Below, one piece after another: positions 23,081 to 30,432 of a stretch of 64,000 nucleotides of DNA (position 1 is its first letter; every line of letters starts with the position of its first letter). Origin of the DNA: Bacteroidales bacterium (GTDB lineage Bacteria; Bacteroidota; Bacteroidia; Bacteroidales; VadinHA17); NCBI GenBank assembly GCA_029210565.1, contig JARGFQ010000005.1, positions 675 to 64,674 on the forward strand. The letters run 5' to 3'. The translations under genes were made by a program, and so were the position numbers. Under the pieces are notes generated by a model. That model made no database searches. It worked only from the letters and a program-made list of their open reading frames with translations, and had not been told where the DNA came from.

Positions 23081-24562
23081 ATGAAGAACTGGTTACTTCT
23101 GACAGGAATTTTGTTGCTGGCTGCCTGTACGGGCAACAACAGCGCAGACAAATCATCAGCGGCGGTTAATTCCGGTGAGGCATTCTCCGTAGAAGGCAAA
23201 CAGGCTGTTGTTTACACAACAGCCGAGGGTACTGACTACAGGCTGTCACCGACTGATACGCTTTTTTTCAGCGATTTTGACCAGCCCCTGGAGACACAGC
23301 CCTCGGTCTTTATCGACCCGGCGCGGAGATTTCAGATTTTTCTGGGCATAGGCGGGGCCTTCACCGATGCTGCGGCTGAGACATGGGCAAAGCTGCCTGA
23401 GGAGGTGCAGGGGGAGTTCATGAAGGCATATTTTAATCCGGCCACAGGCATAGGTTACAGCTTCGGCAGGACCAACATGAACAGCTGTGATTTCTCGAGT
23501 GACATGTACACCTATGTTGAAGAGGGTGACATTGAACTAAATACTTTTAATATCGCGCACGACGAGAAGTACAAGATACCATTCATAAAAAAGGCCATGG
23601 AGACGGCCGGAGACAGCTTTCCCCTGTTTGTCAGTCCCTGGAGCCCTCCTGCCTGGATGAAGGACAATAACGACATGCTGTTCGGAGGCAAGCTGCTGCC
23701 TGAATTTTATCAGCCATGGGCCAATTATTATGTTAAATATATCAATGCCCTTGAGCAGGCCGGCATCCCGGTGTGGGGTCTGTCAGTGCAGAATGAGCCG
23801 ATGGCCCGTCAGACATGGGAGAGTTGTATCTATACGGCAGCGGAGGAGAGGGATTTCATAAAGAATTACCTTGGCCCGACGTTGCACAACAACAACCTGG
23901 CCGACAAAAAGCTCATTGCCTGGGACCACAACCGCGACCTGATCTATCACAGGGCCTCAGGCATACTTGGCGACCCGGTGGCAGCAAAGTATGTGTGGGG
24001 GATAGGATTTCACTGGTATGAGGTCTGGACAGGTGGCAGACAGTATGAGAATGTGAAAAGGGTGGCAGAGGCTTTCCCGGAGACAAACCTGTTGCTAACT
24101 GAAGCATGCAACTACCCTTTCAGCTGGGAGACGTTCGACCAGTGGAGATGGGGCGAGATATACGGCGAGAACATGATACACGACTTCAACAACGGAGCCG
24201 TGGCATGGACAGACTGGAACATCCTTCTCGACGAGACCGGAGGTCCCAATCATGTAGGCAATTTCTGTTTTGCCCCTGTTCACGCCAGGGTCAGTGAGGG
24301 GACCCTGCACTTTATGAACTCGTATTACTATATCGGTCACTTTTCAAAGTTTATCAGACCGGGGGCATGCAGGATAATCTCCTCCTCGAGCAGAGCCCAG
24401 CTGCTGACAACGGCTTTCATCAACAGTGACGGCACAGTTGCTATCGTGGTAATGAATCCCACAGCCGAAGAGATCAGCTACAGGCTCTATTCAGGCAGTA
24501 AGGCTGCCGTTACGGTCAGCCTGCCCCATTCGATATGCACACTGGTTATACGGGATATCTGA
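23081..24562 (+). CDS. GH30 glucosylceramidase-like glycoside hydrolase (lipoprotein)
   Basis: The signal is MKNWLLLTGILLLAACTG. Motifs include GIGGAFTDAAAE, NMNSCDFSS, the acid/base region GLSVQNEP and the nucleophile region LLLTEACN. Confidence 0.85.
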   Translation: MKNWLLLTGILLLAACTGNNSADKSSAAVNSGEAFSVEGKQAVVYTTAEGTDYRLSPTDTLFFSDFDQPLETQPSVFIDPARRFQIFLGIGGAFTDAAAETWAKLPEEVQGEFMKAYFNPATGIGYSFGRTNMNSCDFSSDMYTYVEEGDIELNTFNIAHDEKYKIPFIKKAMETAGDSFPLFVSPWSPPAWMKDNNDMLFGGKLLPEFYQPWANYYVKYINALEQAGIPVWGLSVQNEPMARQTWESCIYTAAEERDFIKNYLGPTLHNNNLADKKLIAWDHNRDLIYHRASGILGDPVAAKYVWGIGFHWYEVWTGGRQYENVKRVAEAFPETNLLLTEACNYPFSWETFDQWRWGEIYGENMIHDFNNGAVAWTDWNILLDETGGPNHVGNFCFAPVHARVSEGTLHFMNSYYYIGHFSKFIRPGACRIISSSSRAQLLTTAFINSDGTVAIVVMNPTAEEISYRLYSGSKAAVTVSLPHSICTLVIRDI

Positions 24563-24615
24563 CATCCGGAATCAGCAAAAGTCGGTTCGGTTTATTGCTC
24601 ACAAAGAGAGACGCC

Positions 24616-25587
24616 ATGGAGAAACAGAGAAAATGGGTTTTCATTGTCAACCCGGTAGCCGGCAATGGTTTTGCCCTTACACTGGTAGATCAGATAAGGC
24701 AGATGATAGCTATACACAGGCTTGATGCTGACATTGTCATTACGGAACGAAAGGGTCATGCCACTGAGTTGTCGGAGCATTATGCCAACAACGGGTATAA
24801 CTGCATAGTAGGCGTTGGCGGCGACGGAACTATGAATGAAATTGCTGTACCGCTTGTTCACAGAAAGGATATAGTCGTCGGGCTGATTGGCGGCGGAACG
24901 GGCAATGACTTCATTCAGATAACGGGATTTCCTGACCGGTTTGCGGAGAAAGAGTGGGAGATGTTTTTCCGGGCCAATGTTATGTCAATGGATGTTGGTG
25001 TATGCAACGGAAAGATCATCCTTAACGGCATGGGGCTGGGCTTTGACGCCCAGGTGGCATCAGAAAATTATACTGAGACGGGTGAGGTCAAACCCGGAGG
25101 CAAGGGCAAGTATGTCTGGCATATTGTCAAGACGCTCTTCTTCTATAAGGAAAAGCGCATGAAGATGCTCTGCAACGGGTCGACCTATGAGACTGACTGC
25201 TTCATGAACACGGTGGCTAACGGAAGGAGGTTTGCTGGCTCTTTTTACCTGACACCAAGGGGCATGGCCAACGACTCCCTCCTGGATGTCTGTGCGATAA
25301 AAAGGCTGACACTGTTCCAGAGACTCAGGATACTGCTTAAGGTACCTTCCGGAACTCATGTAAACGACCCCAGGGTTGAGTACTATCAGACTGACAAGCT
25401 CTCTATTGAGTTCCCTTCCAGGATGCCTTACCACATTGATGGGGAGCTATATTTCGATCAGCACTTTGAAATTGGCATTCTGCCCGGGGTCCTTAATATT
25501 ATTTATAATCCGGAAGGAACACACTTCTTTAAAGTGCCGGAGGAGGAGAATGTTTCAGATGACGCAGCTGACGTTCTCCGCAGGTAA
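24616..25587 (+). CDS. DAGK_cat-family lipid kinase (YegS/BmrU / sphingosine-ceramide kinase-like)
   Basis: The ATG at 24616 gives MEKQRKWVFIVNPVAGNG. The nucleotide-binding motif is VGVGGDGTMNEI. Confidence 0.8.
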   Translation: MEKQRKWVFIVNPVAGNGFALTLVDQIRQMIAIHRLDADIVITERKGHATELSEHYANNGYNCIVGVGGDGTMNEIAVPLVHRKDIVVGLIGGGTGNDFIQITGFPDRFAEKEWEMFFRANVMSMDVGVCNGKIILNGMGLGFDAQVASENYTETGEVKPGGKGKYVWHIVKTLFFYKEKRMKMLCNGSTYETDCFMNTVANGRRFAGSFYLTPRGMANDSLLDVCAIKRLTLFQRLRILLKVPSGTHVNDPRVEYYQTDKLSIEFPSRMPYHIDGELYFDQHFEIGILPGVLNIIYNPEGTHFFKVPEEENVSDDAADVLRR

Positions 25588-25691
25588 GGAGCAGGACGCC
25601 CTGATGAGAAACGACAACCGTTCTCCAGGTCTGGATTGAAAGGTTGTGCCATATGGTCCAACGGATGTTTCCGGCGGCCAGTCGACACCGG

Positions 25692-25753
25692 GTTTACAGA
25701 ACTGTCAGCCAGCCGATACCGTGTTTACAGAGTTGTCAGCCAGCCGAGGAGTG
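25692..25753. repeat. 31-bp tandem duplication of the cdsA 3' end
   Basis: GTTTACAGAACTGTCAGCCAGCCGA (25692..25716) and GTTTACAGAGTTGTCAGCCAGCCGA (25723..25747) match at 23 of 25 positions. The second copy encodes the real C-terminus GWLTTL-stop, and the first would encode GWLTVL-stop. Confidence 0.8.
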
Positions 25754-26462
25754 CTACTCCTGCTCCTCCGGCAATGAGGCTGTCAAACCTGTCAAGGAAT
25801 CCCCCGTGGCCGGGGATGAGTCGGGAGAAGTCCTTCACGTTGTATCTTCTCTTGTAAGCCGACTTGGCCGTATCGCCCGCAAAGGCGAACAGCACCACCA
25901 CGGCGGCAACCAGAATTGCTTTATGCGGTTCTGCCGGTATAAGCTGTCTAAAGACAAAGGCGCTCAGCACCGCCACGGTTGCTCCGCCGATAAAACCTTC
26001 AACCGTTTTGTTGGGACTTATTTTCGGGAATAGTTTATGCCGGCCGATCAACTGGCCTGTCACCTGACTGAAGCCGTCGAAGATGCATAGTATTAGAAAT
26101 GAATAGAGTATCATACCCTGTTCCATTCTGCTGAAGAAGAAGAATCCTGCTGAAAGCACCGCGAGAATGAGCAGTGAGGTGACGAAAAAGAGCTTATGGC
26201 AGTATCCGGATTCAAGGAACAGTTTAGCCAGCTCGAGGAATCCCGCCATTATAATGACCAGCGCGAGGTAACGGAACAGCATGATCTTTGAGGCGATGCT
26301 GAAAAAGAGGAAACTGGTTATAATAAAGTAGGTCAGGTGTTTTATCCAGCTCCTGCGTGCCACTTCCTTTTCCTTGTTCCTGTTGATGAACCAGATTCCT
26401 GCTGTTCCCAGCACGAAGTAGGCAAGAATGACTAAGTAAACGTTCCAATACATTTTGGTCAT
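25725..26462 (-). CDS. cdsA: Phosphatidate cytidylyltransferase (CDP-diacylglycerol synthase)
   Basis: The CDS signature is SAYKRRYNVKDFSRLIPGHGGFLDRFDS. The protein is multi-TM. Confidence 0.9.
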   Translation of the reverse strand: MTKMYWNVYLVILAYFVLGTAGIWFINRNKEKEVARRSWIKHLTYFIITSFLFFSIASKIMLFRYLALVIIMAGFLELAKLFLESGYCHKLFFVTSLLILAVLSAGFFFFSRMEQGMILYSFLILCIFDGFSQVTGQLIGRHKLFPKISPNKTVEGFIGGATVAVLSAFVFRQLIPAEPHKAILVAAVVVLFAFAGDTAKSAYKRRYNVKDFSRLIPGHGGFLDRFDSLIAGGAGVALLGWLTTL

Positions 26463-26484
26463 AAATGGCTGTTTGATCCGTTCA

Positions 26485-27282
26485 TCAACGCAGTATTATG
26501 AGAATGCCAAAAATGATCATTCCTATTGCGTACCATGTGCGTATCGGTCCTTCAGCCCCGTCGAGCTTAATACCGTGCAGGAGCCTGGGTCCCACGAGCG
26601 AGCCTATAATTGTTCCGGCGGTCAGGAAATAAACCTGTGTCAGGTCTATTTCTCCTACCAGAAAGTGTGCCCCGAGGGCGGAGGCAGTGTTTACCATAAC
26701 AACCATAAGGGAGGTGCCGATCACCAATTTTACCGGAACTCTCATTGCAAACAGTCCTGCCTGAACGGGTGTTGCCCCGCTTGTTCCGAAAGAAGCAGTA
26801 ATTATTCCGGCAACAAAACCGAAGAATGTTCCTGTAGCGGCCTTGCCTAGCCTTGAGCTTTCAGGCCTTACAATGCCGTTGACCTTATCTCTTTTACTTC
26901 GCCATGTGCCGATTATCATCTGCAATGCTATCAGGATGAGGTAGATACCCCAGCTGACCTGCAGTTGTTGAGGAGTTATCAGGCTGGTGATGCTTGCTCC
27001 TGAAAGAGCCCCGAGGACTCCTGCTGCGGCAAAAATCAGTCCTGTACGGAATTTGATGTGACCGTTACGATAGTGTGCCAGGGATCCTATGATGCATATT
27101 GGAAGTGTGGCAGCAAGGGAGGTTGCAATTGCTATGTTTGCCGGTACTCCGAAAATCAGGATAAGGAGAGGTATGAAGAAAAAGCCGCCGCCGCCACCGA
27201 TTAAAGTGCCTATCAGTCCTACAGCAAATCCGATCAGTGGATACCAGAGATAGCTGTTTTCAAAAGCGGAGTGAAAAATCAT
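26485..27282 (-). CDS. TauE/SafE-family anion (sulfite/organosulfonate-type) exporter-like membrane protein
   Basis: The protein is 265 aa with about 8 TMs and Gly-rich helices (LIGTLIGGGGGFFFIPLL), which is the typical internal-duplication topology of the TauE/SafE family. Confidence 0.7.
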   Translation of the reverse strand: MIFHSAFENSYLWYPLIGFAVGLIGTLIGGGGGFFFIPLLILIFGVPANIAIATSLAATLPICIIGSLAHYRNGHIKFRTGLIFAAAGVLGALSGASITSLITPQQLQVSWGIYLILIALQMIIGTWRSKRDKVNGIVRPESSRLGKAATGTFFGFVAGIITASFGTSGATPVQAGLFAMRVPVKLVIGTSLMVVMVNTASALGAHFLVGEIDLTQVYFLTAGTIIGSLVGPRLLHGIKLDGAEGPIRTWYAIGMIIFGILIILR

Positions 27283-27285
27283 AGT

Positions 27286-27867
27286 CTATTGTCTTTTCTG
27301 CCTTTCCTTAAGCACCCAGTAAAGCCCCCTGACGTTTGACCGCATCTCCGGTATGACCATCTGTATTGCAATATGCTCCAGAGCGCCTATGATTCCCCAT
27401 GCAATCACCAGGTAATAGAACGGAGTCCAGAATCCCAGGGTGAAAACGCAAACAAAAAAGGCTCCCTGTACATAACCACCAATTTTTGTCCAGTAGAGGT
27501 GAAAACTGGGAAACTTCCTGAATTTTATCAGTGACACGATAACCGTGAGCACAAGCATTCCGATAAAAATGAACAAACTGACAAGATGAGGCTGCAGCTC
27601 TTTCATCTTAAAAACAAGCAAGCCGGCAAATGCCAGCAGATAGGTAAGATTATCTGCAAACGAATCGAGTTTTGCCCCGATCTCAGTCTGCATGTGAAAC
27701 CGCCGGGCAATGTAACCGTCAAGGATATCAGTCAGAAGGTTTATTATCAGGAAGATGGCAAAGAGCTTCTCATTGCCGGCAATTATAAAGTAAAGGATCA
27801 GAGGGAATACCAATAGCCGATAGGAACTTATCAGGTTCGGAATGGTAAAAAAGTTTTCCTTATGCAT
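27286..27867 (-). CDS. CDP-alcohol phosphatidyltransferase, PgsA-like
   Basis: The ATG at 27867 gives MHKENFFTIPNLISSYRL. The motif DILDGYIARRFHMQTEIGAKLDSFAD is a perfect DG-x2-AR-x8-G-x3-D-x3-D. Confidence 0.85.
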   Translation of the reverse strand: MHKENFFTIPNLISSYRLLVFPLILYFIIAGNEKLFAIFLIINLLTDILDGYIARRFHMQTEIGAKLDSFADNLTYLLAFAGLLVFKMKELQPHLVSLFIFIGMLVLTVIVSLIKFRKFPSFHLYWTKIGGYVQGAFFVCVFTLGFWTPFYYLVIAWGIIGALEHIAIQMVIPEMRSNVRGLYWVLKERQKRQ

Positions 27868-27887
27868 CAGATTTTTATTCGTATGAA

Positions 27888-27955
27888 ATCTGAGATTCCC
27901 AGGTGCCGAAGTAATAATTCTGATAAAGACTATGCAAATATGAATAAAAATCTGA
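27888..27955 (+). promoter_or_regulatory. Second (A/T)TCTGA motif array, upstream of the PgsA-like/TauE/cdsA operon
   Basis: ATCTGA occurs at 27888 and 27950, and TTCTGATAA at 27918, spaced 30 and 32 bp. The first lies about 20 nt upstream of the ATG at 27867. Confidence 0.45.
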
Positions 27956-28040
27956 ATGTGCTCCACAGAGAGCCGGGAAATTAAGTAATTTTATTGCTCC
28001 ATCGGGTTTCAGGGACGTGACCCTTCAAGTCAGAATAACC

Positions 28041-28448
28041 ATGATGTGCATGAAAAAAGCGATGATACTGATACTGGTGGCTCTGACTGCCTCCTGCAGC
28101 ATCCTTAAGAAACAGTCGGCGGACACGCAGGAAGAAGGGCTGATTATTACACGGAAATATGCCGGAGAGTATCTGGACCACCGGCAGACGGGGCCTGAAA
28201 ACTACGACGGTCCGAACCTGCTCTGGATCAAGACTACAATGGAGGATGAATACGGGAAGATATCCGCCTATGGCAGGAGATGCGACTTCGTGCCGGGAGA
28301 ACGGCTCTATCTCCGTCGGAACTTCTACAGCCCGGGTATTGTCTCAGGCTATTGGGTTTACTATATTGAAAATGATTCGGGTGTCTCCTACAGGGCAACA
28401 GACATACAACATGACAGGGCGGTCTACATCATGACCTGGTTTGATTAG
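28041..28448 (+). CDS. Small lipoprotein of unknown function
   Basis: MMCMKKAMILILVALTASCS contains a lipobox. The start could be 28041 or 28050. Confidence 0.6.
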   Translation: MMCMKKAMILILVALTASCSILKKQSADTQEEGLIITRKYAGEYLDHRQTGPENYDGPNLLWIKTTMEDEYGKISAYGRRCDFVPGERLYLRRNFYSPGIVSGYWVYYIENDSGVSYRATDIQHDRAVYIMTWFD

Positions 28449-28558
28449 CCTTGTTTAGCTGCTGCGATTCAGATAGCGTTGTGTTATTATTATTACTAAA
28501 TTCAGCTCTCCTAAACCGGGGCCCGGAGTGGCGATAAAAGAGGGGTTACCTGCTGAAT

Positions 28559-29872
28559 ATGAAGAGTATAATTGTTACAACATTTCAGAAGTTCGACCGG
28601 ACTCAGAGTCTCGGTGGAATCCTTCTTTTCGGTGCAACGATCCTTGCCCTTGTACTGGCCAATACCCCGATCAGTCATTACTATGACAGTCTCAGGGAGA
28701 CGGTTGTTGGCATTGATGCCGGAAGCTTTAGCCTTAAGAAGCCATTATTACTGTGGGTCAATGATGGTCTCATGGCCATCTTCTTTTTTTTGATCGGGCT
28801 TGAGATCAAGCGGGAGCTGATGATAGGTGAGATCAATTCACCCGCAAAGTCAGCCCTTCCCCTTATCGCTGCTGTCGGAGGTATGGTGATCCCGATACTG
28901 TTTTACCTTTTTCTGAACAAGAATCCGCTGGCATCACACGGATGGGGAATACCCATGGCGACCGACATTGCCTTCTCCCTGGCAATACTTAAACTGCTTG
29001 GCAACAGGGTGCCGACAGGACTCAAGGTCTTCCTTGCTGCCTTTGCTATTATCGATGATATAGGGGCGGTCATTGTAATAGCACTTTTTTACAGTTCATC
29101 CATTGACTGGATGATGCTGCTCTGGGCTGCCATACCGATGGCCATCCTGGCGGTCCTGAACCTGTTGAACATTTTCCCAAAATATTTTCATCTCCTCTGC
29201 GGCATTGTGATCTGGTACCTCTTCCTCAAGTCGGGCATTCACCCAACCATTGCCGGCGTGCTGCTGGCCTTTACGATCCCGTTGAGGCGAAAGACAGATG
29301 TCCGGACTTTTACGGGGAAACTGTGTGAGATAGCTGACGAAATCAGGGAGACCGATTTGGCGCATTCCCCCCTGCTTACCTCCGGGCAGATGGAACAGAT
29401 TGATGATATTGAGGAGTGGGCCTCCAGAGTGCAGTCGCCCTTGCAGCAAACCGAGCATAAGCTTCAAAGCTGGGTGGCATACCTTATAATGCCCCTTTTT
29501 GCCTTCTTCAATGCCGGAGTGGCCTTCAGCGCCGGGATGCAGCCTGATATCGCCCTTATATCGAGCCTGGGGCTGAGCCTCTTTCTGGGTAAGACAGTCG
29601 GAGTGACCCTCTTTTCATATGCAGGTATCAAAATGAAATTTGCACGACTGCCTCTTGGAGTATCGTTCGGGCAGATTATCGGAACAGCCATGCTGGCCGG
29701 AGTGGGCTTTACCATGTCAATGTTCATTGCCAACCTTGCGTTCGCCGATGCTCCGATAATAATGGATTCTGCCAAGATAGGGATCCTTGCAGGCTCAATG
29801 GTATCGGGTCTTGCCGGATATATTATGTTGAGGTACTGCCGCCGTGGCTACGACCAGACAATTGTGGGATGA
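28559..29872 (+). CDS. nhaA: Na+/H+ antiporter NhaA
   Basis: The NhaA hallmark GWGIPMATDIAFSLAIL is present, with about 12 TMs and FAIIDDIGAV. Confidence 0.9.
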   Translation: MKSIIVTTFQKFDRTQSLGGILLFGATILALVLANTPISHYYDSLRETVVGIDAGSFSLKKPLLLWVNDGLMAIFFFLIGLEIKRELMIGEINSPAKSALPLIAAVGGMVIPILFYLFLNKNPLASHGWGIPMATDIAFSLAILKLLGNRVPTGLKVFLAAFAIIDDIGAVIVIALFYSSSIDWMMLLWAAIPMAILAVLNLLNIFPKYFHLLCGIVIWYLFLKSGIHPTIAGVLLAFTIPLRRKTDVRTFTGKLCEIADEIRETDLAHSPLLTSGQMEQIDDIEEWASRVQSPLQQTEHKLQSWVAYLIMPLFAFFNAGVAFSAGMQPDIALISSLGLSLFLGKTVGVTLFSYAGIKMKFARLPLGVSFGQIIGTAMLAGVGFTMSMFIANLAFADAPIIMDSAKIGILAGSMVSGLAGYIMLRYCRRGYDQTIVG

Positions 29873-30432
29873 AGGATCTGCGGGATTCAGGAAGCGCTCT
29901 CTACTTTATTGCCCTCATCCCGCACGACGGGTTAAGGGAAGTGATCAGGGAGATCAAGGAGAGGATGAGATATGAGTACGGCGCCGGCCATGCCCTTAAG
30001 TCGCCCGCTCACATAACCCTCCAGATGCCCTTCAAGAGGAACTCATCCGATGAGGTATCTATATCGGAGGCGCTGGGGCGTTTCGCACTGCAGGAGCATC
30101 CTTTTACGATTGACCTTGATGGCTATGGCTCCTTTCCTCCGCGGGTGATCTACATCAGGGTCAGCAACCCCGGGCCTGTGAAGGCGTTGCAATCACGGCT
30201 CAGGGAGCTGCTCATCGACGCCCTCGGCTTTGAACCACAGGAGGTGATGCAGGACCTGAAGCCTCATATAACCATAGCCACGAGAGACCTGACGAAAACG
30301 GCTTTCACCGAGGCATGGCCGGTGATGAAGGAGGAGGCGTTCAAAGGCGGGTTCCGGGCAGAAGGTATCTTCCTCCTGAGACACAACGGGCGCAGCTGGG
30401 ATATATTGAAAGAATTTCAGTTTGGTGAGTGA
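29869..30432 (+). CDS. thpR: 2H phosphoesterase (2'-5' RNA ligase / RNA 2',3'-cyclic phosphodiesterase family)
   Basis: Two H-x-T-x motifs are present: HITLQMPF and HITIATRD. The ATGA start overlaps the nhaA stop. Confidence 0.8.
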   Translation: MKDLRDSGSALYFIALIPHDGLREVIREIKERMRYEYGAGHALKSPAHITLQMPFKRNSSDEVSISEALGRFALQEHPFTIDLDGYGSFPPRVIYIRVSNPGPVKALQSRLRELLIDALGFEPQEVMQDLKPHITIATRDLTKTAFTEAWPVMKEEAFKGGFRAEGIFLLRHNGRSWDILKEFQFGE

